DNA of 64,000 nucleotides from Veleropilina oligotropha (Eukaryota): NCBI GenBank assembly GCA_048128005.1, contig JBEUKZ010000062.1, positions 124,001 to 188,000 of the forward strand, read 5' to 3'. Shown piece by piece: positions 19,098 to 29,414 of this stretch (position 1 is its first letter; each line of letters starts with the position of its first letter). The notes under the pieces were generated by a model. It saw only the letters and a program-made list of their open reading frames with translations, ran no database searches and was not told where the DNA came from. The position numbers and the translations under genes were made by a program.

Positions 19098-19755
19098 TTA
19101 ACACAGTGAATCCTGGAACAAGATGGATTTCATCATGGACAATATCTCTTCTGGGAGAAATTTCTTGCAACCGCACTTGATGAGTTTCAGGATCTCATCC
19201 GGAGCTGGTACAGCAGACATTTCAAAGAAACGATATAATTTCCTTGTCTTTTCCCATCTATAACGCTCCATCGATTGTAATTTATATAATGACACTCCAC
19301 ACAATCTCCAAGCAGGGCATGTGGCAAAAACTACGCTTTGGTGTCTGGCAATGTTTCACTCTCATAGCCATAGGATGCAAATCTATCCCCAAGGATTTTC
19401 GCATGTCCTGACATTATTATCTTTCTGTAGATTTTGGCGTACCATCATGGCATCAAAGACCAAATACGACGACTTTGTATTCCATTTCAATTTCCATTTA
19501 TTCTTCAAATACGTCTGTAGTTGATTTAGTTTTAGTTGACATACATTCAACTGGCGTCATGATTTCAAACTTGTCAGCTGGAAGGTATATTGATCCATCA
19601 GCTGAGAATAAGGATATTGGAACTGCCTTAAACTCGTATTCTCCTATTGCTGGGGACATACCAATGATATTCGGTTTTGCTGACTGTACCATTAAAATCT
19701 TGGAAAGAAAGTTCTTTCTTCTCATTATACAATGGCTTCGAATTTTAATTTCCAT
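19098..19755 (-). pseudogene. Degenerate Academ-like transposase relic
   Basis: Fragments IGEYEFKAVPISLFSADG and PAPDEILKLIKCGCK resemble the mid-region and C-terminal Cys-rich motif of AcademX-type transposases; heavily disrupted. Confidence 0.45.
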
Positions 19756-20866
19756 CTGGTTGGCTTGGATACATATGAAACATTCGAAGGTTTATTTCCA
19801 GATAAAAGAGTGGTGAATTCAACAACAACGTTTGTGTGAAGAATAAATCGAATATTCCTGTCTCATTTAATATCTTTGTATTATGTGGGATTGGCATCTC
19901 AGTAAAACGTGATTTGACAGCAAGTTAGGAATTCAGTTGTTAATCAAAGTCCAGAATGTTCAATTTGTTGCAAAATTAAACTATGTATAATGTTCGCATT
20001 CAGAAACATTCGCATTGCTTTGCTTTCAAATACATGATGATGCTTTATATACTTTTCGATTCTGATCCCCCAAAAAAGGCTAAATATTTGAGAGCACTTT
20101 CGAAATTGTGGGATAAAGCTTCTTCATTATTTCAAAGAATGCATCTGTTGGTCTAGAAAGTGATATTCGCTCAATTCATAGACTGAAATATCTCTTACTA
20201 ATGCATGCCTGTATCATATTACTCCAATTGGATCAGTTCCGCCAAGGAATATGGTATTGATATGGCATACTTGTTATGAGGAAATAAATTAAAAGGGCGT
20301 CAGTACGTGTTAAATGCAGTTTAAAATTTTCTTCTCTGGATGCTCTGGTAAAGTTTCGCAGGCAACGCTTATGCCTCACACAATGTAATAGTGTAATCAC
20401 AAATATAATTATTTTTTAATACAGTATGCGTTCCTAATAAAGTAACTAATTTAATAGAATAAATTGTGCATAAAAATAAAATTAGATTGAAGTATTTTAA
20501 CCATGATGCTCACAATGGTGATTGGGCTGTGGCCCATTTGATATACTTCAATCGTGTAACATAAACTAAAATATACCTATTCGCAGGCCATTGATATCAC
20601 AGATAGAGAACACGGACGCCGACCGATTCAATGCAATAACAACACATTGTGCGTTAATTGATCACACATCACGATGCAGCATGACTTCACGCCACATTTG
20701 TCGACACTAAATATATTTCTGGAGATTTCGAAGATGCAAGACTGGGACCCTCATTATGAATGTATCAAGAATATAAATCATGAAACAACTATTCACAAAT
20801 GAAATAAATGACTTGATGGCTTTGTGACCATTCGAACCTATAATATGTTCAAAGTCCTTTAATACT

Positions 20867-21025
20867 AGCAGCAGGGGGGGGGGGGGGGGGTGAATGCACT
20901 TTTTAGAATGGGAAAATAAGGCTCCCAGCACCTGTTCAGAACTGAGGGGTAGTACTGGGGGGGACTAGGGGAGTTTAGACTAGGGGCCCTCGGCCGCCGG
21001 GGAGGCTCCCAGCCCTATTTCAGAA
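20867..21025. repeat. Left terminal inverted repeat of copy 2
   Basis: AGCAGCAG(G)nTGAATGCACTTTTTAGAATGGGAAAATAAGGCTCCCAGCAC...GGGGAGTTTAGACTAGGGGCCC is approximately the reverse complement of the copy 1 right end. Confidence 0.85.
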
Positions 21026-21554
21026 CTAAGGGGGCTCGTAATCTATACCCTCCAGGGGCTAGGGCGGAGGAAGTTAGGGTGGGGCCCAGGTCCCCGGGGG
21101 TGGAGGCTCCCACCCCCGTCTGATCAGGGCAGGGGTCGTTTTTTCGTTAGGGCGGAGTTTTTTGTAATAATCCTCGGGGGGGGGGTCCGAAATTCAGGCG
21201 CTGCGGTCAGCGCCATCCGACACTAGGGTAGCTTAGAATAGTCTATTTGGGCTACGGCCCAGGGGGTTAAATTAAAACACTTACCTGTGGACATTTCGGC
21301 CGAAACTGCATATCACTAATCCCCCTCCAGCAGGCCTTGTAATCTTACGTAGTGTCCCTGCGGTTTTTGGCTATAGCCAGTTCAAGTCTCTGCACTGCAG
21401 CCAAGTCGTCAAAACAGATGTTTTCAAGCCGATACCTTGGTCATCAGCCATTTCGGCCTGTGAGGCCTCGTCAGAGTATCTACCAGATACTGATGGCCCC
21501 GACTGACCAAGTTATGGTGGTGTGTCGGGTGCCTGTTTCTGTTGTTAGGTTTGC

Positions 21555-21842
21555 CTATTCGTCGTCCTTCAGTAGGTTTTGCAGCCTGCGTACATCTGCG
21601 GCTGCTGCGACATGCGCAATTTCCATCTCACGTAGTTTTTCGAGCATATTTTTCACTCTCCCCTTGGTTTTTTTCATGTTTTGATATATTTTGTCCCTTC
21701 GATTTTTCGTTCGGGTCAGTTCCAGTCTTGTCGCATTTTTTGATACACGATTATCGGCGGCTTCTTCATGAAGAAAGTTCTCTACAAAACCACGTTGTCG
21801 ATCCATTGTCAAACTAAGTAGGTCTGTTGAAATGCTATCCAT
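21555..21842 (-). CDS. Hypothetical 95-aa coiled-coil protein in the viral left arm
   Basis: ATG-started, helical charged composition; no second copy to confirm. Confidence 0.4.
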   Translation of the reverse strand: MDSISTDLLSLTMDRQRGFVENFLHEEAADNRVSKNATRLELTRTKNRRDKIYQNMKKTKGRVKNMLEKLREMEIAHVAAAADVRRLQNLLKDDE

Positions 21843-22437
21843 CTGTATGTGACTCGATACGTTATGCAGAGCTTATATAGTTTCTCTTGTGCGTTCTACA
21901 GCCTTCTAGATCAGTTTATTGCTAATTCGTTGACGTGTACATAAAATTTCCACGTACCCGTCATCTCCTATATATAACTTCTTGGCAATCAGAGTACCCA
22001 TCCCCTATATACGTCTTGACAGTCAGAGATCTCCGATCATTCTAGAATCTTTATTGCCGACTAATCGTGACATATACAATGAGTCGACACGAAAACGGTC
22101 CCCATGTTTACGTCGAAGCTTTTAGTGACCCAGTGAAAAATGTTTCTGGACCAAAATCTTTTTTTTCTGGGTCACCAGAAGCGAGATACGTATCTGCAGT
22201 ATACAATTTCTGTGCCACCAGAAATGCGTTCGACGAAATCTTTATTTAACTGGGTCAACCAGACAGATACGCGGCTTGTGAGCGAGAGTAAACAATGAAA
22301 CAATAGGCGCGACGAGGTTTTTCTAAAGACTCGGCTATGGCGCGTCTTGATAGGCGAAGCGCTTCTATTCATACCCGCTGAGAAACCCATTAGGCTATAG
22401 GCGTCTATTGTTTCATGGTTTCAAGTCATTGCGGGCA

Positions 22438-22564
22438 GGGAATCCCCGAGATACGCGAAGCGAACAGGTTATGAATAGGCTGGATTGGAGAGTCAACAAT
22501 AGACAGCCGGCCGGCTATTAATATAACACTAGCCTGAAAATATATTGTAAGGCAGGGAATTCCC
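22438..22564. promoter_or_regulatory. Two NF-kappaB consensus sites in the non-coding left arm of the virus
   Basis: GGGAATCCCC (22438-22447) and GGGAATTCCC (22555-22564), both preceded by GGCA; function unproven. Confidence 0.4.
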
Positions 22565-22574
22565 AAGCAGCTGT

Positions 22575-22997
22575 TTATATAAATATATAATTCCCGCTGG
22601 CCAGTGTACCGTTACATGGCGAGTAATGCCCTATCTGTCTCCACGCACCCCTGCAACCGGTAGATAACATTGAGAAGTACTGCCCATGCTTTCCACGACA
22701 TAAGGACGGCTCGGCGCATTCAATGCAGACCACAGTATTTGGGTCGGGCGCCTCACAGTCATTCTCTCCGTCGGTAATGAAATAGTGACACGAGGGTGCC
22801 CGCACTGGAGGTGGGTCTCCCAGGCGTAGTCGCAAGTTTCTTCGGAGGGGGTCAAATCGGGGGTTATAACTGGGATGATTGCGATACCTAGCCCATGTGT
22901 GTTCGAGAATTAATGCGGTGTCATGTGACGACGTCGGGGTGGTGGCACCTGCTAGCCAGCACACCGCGGCAATGCACAGAATTAGTATGGATTTCAT
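22575..22997 (-). CDS. Secreted 140-aa Cys-rich prepropeptide (viral cargo)
   Basis: Signal-peptide-like MKSILILCIAAVCWLAGA; TALILEHTWAR shared with copy 3; basic RRNLRLR patch; Cys-rich C-terminus. Confidence 0.7.
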   Translation of the reverse strand: MKSILILCIAAVCWLAGATTPTSSHDTALILEHTWARYRNHPSYNPRFDPLRRNLRLRLGDPPPVRAPSCHYFITDGENDCEAPDPNTVVCIECAEPSLCRGKHGQYFSMLSTGCRGAWRQIGHYSPCNGTLASGNYIFI

Positions 22998-23082
22998 GGT
23001 TGTCCAGATATCACTGTCCAGTTCAAGCTTTAATATGGGGGAGGGGCGGGGTCCCCACCCACCCCACGATCGACCTGGATGG

Positions 23083-23715
23083 TTAGTCGCCAGCCCCGAT
23101 TTTTTTCAGCAGCTCTGCGCGTCCCTCTTTGCGACCATGCTCAATGAGCTCGCTCTGGGTCTGTGAAACCGCGGTGGGCGCCTTTAGACTCTTGAGGCGA
23201 ACCGTGGCCTTCATTGTCCGATATTTTTCCATCTCCCCCGTGACGAGTTGAAATTCCTCATCAGACATCTCCCCATCCGCTAGGGCCTTTGAGACGTGGT
23301 CAGAAATTGTATTAAGTTTGCTCTCGGCCAGGGCTCGAATCTCGTTGTGCTTCTTGGCCTTCACTTGGAGGCGGCGGGAAATGTATTTTCCACCCATGCT
23401 AGCGAGTCCGCATCCCAATGCCGCTAATTCCAGCACTAGGACCACCGGGGCCGCAACGATTGTGGAAAGTAGTCCAATTCCAGCGCTGCCCATACCAAGG
23501 GTCGCCACGACAAGGGCCGAGTCGATCCCGTCAACGACATTAACGCCTCGGCGGTATTTTTTATACAGTGCAGCCCGTGTGTCCCTTTCTCGTTCTAGCT
23601 GTCCCTGGAGCTCATTCACTTTCTTTAGTCGGAAAGACTGTGCCTCCGGAACTTCCGAAAGCACATCGCCATCAAGTTGTGGGTACAGTGTTGGCGCTGA
23701 GGGTTTGTTGTCCAT
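23083..23715 (-). CDS. 210-aa membrane-associated protein with PSAP-T-LYPQL motif (copy 2)
   Basis: Complete ORF; hydrophobic hairpin flanked by helical regions; homologues in copies 1 and 3. Confidence 0.85.
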   Translation of the reverse strand: MDNKPSAPTLYPQLDGDVLSEVPEAQSFRLKKVNELQGQLERERDTRAALYKKYRRGVNVVDGIDSALVVATLGMGSAGIGLLSTIVAAPVVLVLELAALGCGLASMGGKYISRRLQVKAKKHNEIRALAESKLNTISDHVSKALADGEMSDEEFQLVTGEMEKYRTMKATVRLKSLKAPTAVSQTQSELIEHGRKEGRAELLKKIGAGD

Positions 23716-24065
23716 TACACGTGGCTGTATTGTTCAGCCTGTTGATTTCGAATGTCTACCGTAACGTTCAAATACAGGGTGCCTACCCAGGGGGCCTTGA
23801 CAGTGAAGGCGAGGGTCAACTTGTCCGAGTCCAGGCCAAGGCTATTTATGGAACATGCTTTGGGGGCGCACCCGGCCGGCTGGACCGGCGTCAGGTGGAT
23901 CATTAGCAGGGCTGGGTTCAACCCAAACCGACCTCCAGTGTTTGGAATCGTGAACTCCCTCCTCGCCAGGCCCTTCTTGGGCGCTTCCCCACAACTAAGA
24001 ACGAAGTGCCACTGGGTCGCTGAAGAGGGCTCATCTGCAAGCAGGGTCCCGTAGATGCTGCTCAT
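23715..24065 (-). CDS. Conserved 116-aa viral protein (copy 2)
   Basis: Orthologue of 462..812. Confidence 0.75.
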   Translation of the reverse strand: MSSIYGTLLADEPSSATQWHFVLSCGEAPKKGLARREFTIPNTGGRFGLNPALLMIHLTPVQPAGCAPKACSINSLGLDSDKLTLAFTVKAPWVGTLYLNVTVDIRNQQAEQYSHV

Positions 24066-24799
24066 TATATCGCAAGGACTGCGGTAATGGGCATGCCGTG
24101 ATTGTCGATCGGGTTACCATCTGCATCTGTGACGTACACCTTCAACTCTGTGAGAACCCCGGCCTGTAGTCGCCGGCCGGCGGGATAGCTATGATAGTGG
24201 GCAGCCTCGCCGAACACCTGCGACGTTATGGGGACCACCGCAAGAATGTTGCTCAGGGCGCCGTCCTTCACGTTGTGTGTTGTGCTGAGCTGCTCCAGGT
24301 GAACGTGTAGGGTCGGCGCTATGGCAAACCCTACCGGCTTGTTCCCGTCATAAGTCCCGGGGTGTAGCCACTCGGATCTCTCCGGAGGGGGAGGTCGGCC
24401 CCCCGGTGTTCGAAGGGGTGGGTTCAGATTCCCGGCTTTGTCGAGAATGAAGGAAGAAAGGTTTAAGCCGAGGAGCTTCCTAATATCGTCGCTAATCGCG
24501 AGTCGGGTCCCCTCTGGGACCACGATTCGGGCGAGTCCCGTAGCATGGCTTACATCTAGCTGTATGCTAACTAGCGACCTCTTCATCGTCTTGGCGAGGT
24601 CATCGAAGCTGTAGAAACCTGGTGCCACCTCTACCTTGGCATCGGGCGTCTTAAAGAAGGCTCCGGCGTGCACGTTGTGCCAGCCGACCCAATAGTCGAG
24701 CGACTGCAAGCTGACGCATAGCTTGCCCTCCCGGTTATCAATCGGCTCCAGGAGGGCAACCGCGGCCCCCGTTTGAACGTTCGTTAATGTGTGAAACAT
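24065..24799 (-). CDS. Minor capsid protein (penton-like), copy 2
   Basis: Orthologue of 809..1549; MFHTL start at 24799. Confidence 0.75.
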   Translation of the reverse strand: MFHTLTNVQTGAAVALLEPIDNREGKLCVSLQSLDYWVGWHNVHAGAFFKTPDAKVEVAPGFYSFDDLAKTMKRSLVSIQLDVSHATGLARIVVPEGTRLAISDDIRKLLGLNLSSFILDKAGNLNPPLRTPGGRPPPPERSEWLHPGTYDGNKPVGFAIAPTLHVHLEQLSTTHNVKDGALSNILAVVPITSQVFGEAAHYHSYPAGRRLQAGVLTELKVYVTDADGNPIDNHGMPITAVLAI

Positions 24800-24803
24800 A
24801 GCT

Positions 24804-26261
24804 ATGGCTAAGAGCGCCTTTGTATTCAATAGGAGTGCGGCCTATTCGACCGGTGTGGTGTACCCAGCCCGGATGAAGGATGAGCAGCTTACAAAACCGA
24901 GCGTCGTTGTCTCCTCGTCTGAATCTCCGGCTTTCGGGGCAGACTACCCAGACGTCTTCCAAAAGTATCGCCTCCCAAATGTCGCGAGTGACCGGCTAAT
25001 CCAGGCCTGGCACAGCACGCCGATGAGGTACTGGCAGAACAAGGTCAACTTCGCAGTGTGGTGTGCTACAACAGGTTCCGGGATCTCCTCAGAAGACCAC
25101 TTGAATGCGACCGACCCCCTCTCCAGAGCAGTATTCACCTTCCACGTCTACTATCAGGTCAGAAGGGTACTAACCGAATTTCAGGTGCCGCTGCCACAAG
25201 ACAGGACGTGGGATGCATTCGACACCCCGTATGACCGAAGGGCATATGAAAAGATCTGCAGCGAATTCGGAGTGTCCCCACATACCGACTGGCGTGTCAA
25301 GGGTCCCAACGGCGGACTAGGCACCGCTTACAGCTACTGGACGAACAACGGCTACCACCCCATAGGACGTGAGTATGATCCAAGCCGAATGTCCTTCACG
25401 AAAAGTACGACCAACTCGAATCTGCACGTGGACTACATCGCGCAAGCGCCTGCGCTTTCAAACGGCTGGGCTTCGTTCATCCTGGACACCTCGGTGGGGT
25501 TTACGAGGGCCGGCGTGGAAATGCTCAATGACTCCATCAGGACCTACGTCTGGGCGATTCGTGGAGCGCAGGCTCAGATGCGTGCAGGCATTATCGGCAC
25601 CGGTACAGCATTTGATGCGCAGAAACAGTTTCTGGCGAACGTGGAAGATGCCATCGCATCGCCGGTGGACCTCCCAGCAGCAATCAAAAGGTACCAGGAG
25701 GTGCTACAGTATGCCAGGTCCAAAGTGGACTTCGTCTTCGGACATGGCCTGTACATGGCGCCCAGTGACATGCTCCTGCGAATAGGTCAGGTGGCTGGTT
25801 ATAACAATGAGATCGTCGTCGCCACGGAAAACCAGACACTAGGTCTTAATACGACCGTCAATGCGGCCAGTATTCCACCCAACACCGCTGGGGAGACTGG
25901 AGAGAAAGGACTGGTCGTCCCAAAAGACGAGGTCGCAGTCTTATGGGCAGATGCTCCGAAGCACTCAAACGCTGAGGCCGGGGGGGCAGCTGTTTCAGCC
26001 ACGGCGGGGGGGGGGGCAGCTGTGGCACATGACGAGGAGAAGACCGCACTTATTGTGGGTGGCGTCATCGTTGGCCTAGCGTTCATTTGGCTGGCAGCAC
26101 CCAAACTGGCTAGCGGCCATCAGAAGCAAGCCCCCGACGGATATAATCACAGCCCACAGGTGGTCGGCCAGCCACGACGCCGTCTTGCCAACCAGGTTGA
26201 TGAGCCAGGAAAGCAGGCTGCCAATCATGCCTGGGAGTGCCGCTGCCACCTTCCCCGCTAG
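24804..26261 (+). CDS. Orthologue of the 427-aa TM-anchored protein; stop shifted, giving a C-terminal extension
   Basis: Aligns with 1557..2840 up to GLAFIWL (about 26093), then reads on into the antisense of the neighbouring gene. Confidence 0.72.
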   Translation: MAKSAFVFNRSAAYSTGVVYPARMKDEQLTKPSVVVSSSESPAFGADYPDVFQKYRLPNVASDRLIQAWHSTPMRYWQNKVNFAVWCATTGSGISSEDHLNATDPLSRAVFTFHVYYQVRRVLTEFQVPLPQDRTWDAFDTPYDRRAYEKICSEFGVSPHTDWRVKGPNGGLGTAYSYWTNNGYHPIGREYDPSRMSFTKSTTNSNLHVDYIAQAPALSNGWASFILDTSVGFTRAGVEMLNDSIRTYVWAIRGAQAQMRAGIIGTGTAFDAQKQFLANVEDAIASPVDLPAAIKRYQEVLQYARSKVDFVFGHGLYMAPSDMLLRIGQVAGYNNEIVVATENQTLGLNTTVNAASIPPNTAGETGEKGLVVPKDEVAVLWADAPKHSNAEAGGAAVSATAGGGAAVAHDEEKTALIVGGVIVGLAFIWLAAPKLASGHQKQAPDGYNHSPQVVGQPRRRLANQVDEPGKQAANHAWECRCHLPR

Positions 26262-27395
26262 TTTGCCCAGAATCCGTCCCAGAGCTTGCAGCTGCTTTTT
26301 GACCCACTCCTTCACGCCTTTACCACTGGGAGGAGGTGGTGTTGGTGGTATGCTCGGCGCTCCGCCTGTCAGGGCTAGTACCAACGTCGAGATGGCCATG
26401 CCAATCGCGGTCAGTATAGTCACGATTGTGACCCCCTGCTCGCGGAACAGGGTCCGGACGCGCTCGGCAAGCGTGGTGTCTGTGTGGAGAATCCGACTTA
26501 TCATCTCTCGGATCCGGCTAATTTGAGAGCGAAGGGCATCCCGGCTGGACGAGGCTGCCTCTAGGCGAGCTTCTCGTTCATCCTGTAAGTTGCGAAGCCG
26601 TTCCGCGATACGTCGACGAACAAACTCCTCCACACCTCCTTCATCTGCCTGAGCGAGCTTCCTCTTCTCCAGAGCTATGTGTTCGTCCAGCGCCGTTAGC
26701 TTGGCCAGGTTATTCGTTAGCTCGCCTCGGATTGTCTGCATCGCCTTGTCCAGGCCGCAAAGCTCACGAAGATTTAATGGGGGGTCCCCCATCGTGCCTA
26801 AGATCTCATCAACCTCAGCATCTGTGAACGTCGTCTCCATTGTCTGGATTGCTACTGATGCCTCTGTAGCTGTCTGCCCCAAGTCCCGCAGTTCTACGTT
26901 TTCCACCTTGGCGGCCGCACCGCTCAACTCACTGTCGGCTGTCTGAAAAGCTGCGACGGCTTTTGATGACATCTTCTGTCCCCCTTTCCCCCGCTTCTCT
27001 GGCCGCGTCCATTCTTCGAAACCCAACCCTTTTCTGATCGCTTTACCCCCACCACGCCTGTTAGCTAGTGTTGACAAAGCATTGGGTTTTTTGGTCCTAG
27101 AATTGATGAGATCGATGTTTGGATGTTTCTTCAGCCGCAATCCCTCCCCCTCGACATACTCGAACTGGGCATAATCATGATACGTGGGCGGGGTCTGCCC
27201 CTCCCGTGCCAGGGCTTCGTAGTAGCCATCCACCGCATCCTTCACGAACTTTTGCCGCTGATCGCAGATTCCTTCCTGTGGCGCGGCAGATCTATCCACA
27301 TCAATATCGTCGATGATGGTATCATCGTTGTCGATGAGATCATCGTTGTCGATGAAATCACCAAGCTCGAATGCGGGGTTCGGGAATTCCGCCAT
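26076..27395 (-). CDS. Coiled-coil membrane protein, copy 2
   Basis: Orthologue of 2833..4146. Confidence 0.8.
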   Translation of the reverse strand: MAEFPNPAFELGDFIDNDDLIDNDDTIIDDIDVDRSAAPQEGICDQRQKFVKDAVDGYYEALAREGQTPPTYHDYAQFEYVEGEGLRLKKHPNIDLINSRTKKPNALSTLANRRGGGKAIRKGLGFEEWTRPEKRGKGGQKMSSKAVAAFQTADSELSGAAAKVENVELRDLGQTATEASVAIQTMETTFTDAEVDEILGTMGDPPLNLRELCGLDKAMQTIRGELTNNLAKLTALDEHIALEKRKLAQADEGGVEEFVRRRIAERLRNLQDEREARLEAASSSRDALRSQISRIREMISRILHTDTTLAERVRTLFREQGVTIVTILTAIGMAISTLVLALTGGAPSIPPTPPPPSGKGVKEWVKKQLQALGRILGKLAGKVAAALPGMIGSLLSWLINLVGKTASWLADHLWAVIISVGGLLLMAASQFGCCQPNER

Positions 27396-27437
27396 TTGAA
27401 TAGATCCACAGGGTACGCATCTAATTCAGCCAACAAC

Positions 27438-28742
27438 ATGGCCAGCCAATACGGACGCACGCTTGATCCATACCGCAGACTTCGAGAGCCCCTCGGGGTA
27501 AAAGGGGTCCGCCAGTCGGTCACGATAACAAACAACCCATCCACAATTGCCGCCAACCAGCAGCTGCTCGTCAGATTTCCCAACCTCGGGACTCATGACG
27601 TGATCGTCCCAGGGACTGCCCACCTCGCATTCACCATTTCTTTGACCTCGGCTAATCCGAACAGGACCGTAGTACAGAACATCGGACGTGCCGTGATTAG
27701 GAAGACCACGATAAAGATCAGTGGAAACGAAATCTTATCGATTGACGATTCCGACGTGTATCATTGTTACTGTGACCTCTGGAAGACACCCCAGGAGCGC
27801 CAGAACGCCCAATACCAGGGGATTGATACCAGCGATGGACACAACACTACGAAGAACCGTATCGGGGTGACCGACGCATTCAGACTTTCTGAGGACGTTG
27901 CCATCTCGGACGCTTACGGGCTGAGGTTCCGCATCCCGCTGGACTTCGAGCTCTTGGAAAGTCACATGCCGTTCTACCAAAGCACCCTGGGGGACCGTCT
28001 TGAGTATGAGCTGACCTTCAACGACCACTCAAGGATGATCAGGGACACCGATGACCCCGGTTCCAGCTACAGCATCGACAACATTAGCCTAGAGTATGAC
28101 ATGGTCACCAACACTGACCTTGCCAGGCTTATTAGTAACCAGTACAAGGGCCGCCTCACCATCCTCTACGACCGTGTCCTGCGGCATCGTAAGATCACCA
28201 AAGACAAGAGCGACACCTTGTGGAATCTGAATCTGAATGTACCGGCGCATTCCATGAAGGGTATCCTGCTTCTGTTCGAGGACCCCGCAAGAGACGCAAA
28301 ACCATTCGCGAGGGACACCGAGGCCTTCTATAATCCGAAGATAACCTCGGTCGAGATCACTATTGAGGGGGTTCCGAACCAAATCTACAGTGCCGGAATG
28401 CGTTCCTACCATATGTGGGACGAAGCCAGGAAATTCTTTGCCTCCTCCCCGATCAGCAAGCGGCATCCTGAGGTGGCGTTGGTTGCCAAGGATTTGGAAC
28501 TGGCAGACGTCACCCTGGGCCAGTTCTTAACAAAAAAATTCGCGCTGTGGATAGATATGCGAGTCACCGATGACGACCAGCTGCACGGGACAGGCCGGAC
28601 GATAGAGAATGCCAGCGAGGGTATCACCATCCAGATCACGAAGACGGGTGAAGCAGCCGGTCCGTTGAACGTTTACCTGTACGTGATCATGAACGCACAA
28701 CTTAATATCGAAAATGGCCGATTTGTCACTGCGCTATACTAA
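27438..28742 (+). CDS. Major capsid protein (double jelly-roll), copy 2
   Basis: Orthologue of 4183..5484; likely start MASQYGR at 27438. Confidence 0.8.
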   Translation: MASQYGRTLDPYRRLREPLGVKGVRQSVTITNNPSTIAANQQLLVRFPNLGTHDVIVPGTAHLAFTISLTSANPNRTVVQNIGRAVIRKTTIKISGNEILSIDDSDVYHCYCDLWKTPQERQNAQYQGIDTSDGHNTTKNRIGVTDAFRLSEDVAISDAYGLRFRIPLDFELLESHMPFYQSTLGDRLEYELTFNDHSRMIRDTDDPGSSYSIDNISLEYDMVTNTDLARLISNQYKGRLTILYDRVLRHRKITKDKSDTLWNLNLNVPAHSMKGILLLFEDPARDAKPFARDTEAFYNPKITSVEITIEGVPNQIYSAGMRSYHMWDEARKFFASSPISKRHPEVALVAKDLELADVTLGQFLTKKFALWIDMRVTDDDQLHGTGRTIENASEGITIQITKTGEAAGPLNVYLYVIMNAQLNIENGRFVTALY

Positions 28743-29349
28743 GCGGTTCCCGCACACCACGACCACCCCCCACTCCGCAATCATATGCGGCCAGACGGGC
28801 TGTGGAAAGACAATTTTCATACTTGACCTGCTGAAAGGGGTCTATCGAGGGGTGTTCCGGCACATCGTAATTCTCTGCCCCACGATCAAGTTCAACAAGG
28901 CATACCAGTCCTGTCCGTGGATCTGGACTGACCCGGAGGTTTATATAGTCCCCCCGGGTGAGCGACTCCATGACTGGTTGCGGGGGTTCTACCGGCTGTT
29001 TCAGGGGGAGCCGACCCTTTACATAATCGACGTCTGCGCCGCCAGCAAGGCCCTTGCCAAAAAGCGGGATATGTTGACTGCGTTGGCCTTCAGCGGCAGG
29101 CATGCCGAACAGAGCGTATGGGTAGTGACACAAAAGTACAACTCGGTCTTGAAGGAGCTCAGAGAGCAGACCCGCTGGGTCGCGCTGTTCCACTGCAAGG
29201 ACCGAGATTCCTTCGAGGATTGTCTCCGCGAGAACGACGTAATCCCGTCACAGGATGAACGGACTGCGGTGCGGGGCCTCCTGGCCGAGGCGAAACACCT
29301 AAAACTGCTGTTGAAAACTGACCAGCCCGTTGCTTATAGCATGCAGTAA
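28714..29349 (+). CDS. Packaging ATPase, copy 2 (Walker B DD changed to DV)
   Basis: GQTGCGKT, YIIDV, SGRH and VVTQ. Confidence 0.88.
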   Translation: MADLSLRYTKRFPHTTTTPHSAIICGQTGCGKTIFILDLLKGVYRGVFRHIVILCPTIKFNKAYQSCPWIWTDPEVYIVPPGERLHDWLRGFYRLFQGEPTLYIIDVCAASKALAKKRDMLTALAFSGRHAEQSVWVVTQKYNSVLKELREQTRWVALFHCKDRDSFEDCLRENDVIPSQDERTAVRGLLAEAKHLKLLLKTDQPVAYSMQ

Positions 29350-29414
29350 GCATCTACCAGGCATTGCCGAGCATCGTACTTAGCTAGCTAGGCATCTACT
29401 GAGCAAGCTCTCAC

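Noticed and set aside
27123..27437. N-terminal extension giving a 539-aa capsid protein
   Set aside because: It is the antisense of the neighbouring gene; copies 1 and 3 support the start at 27438.
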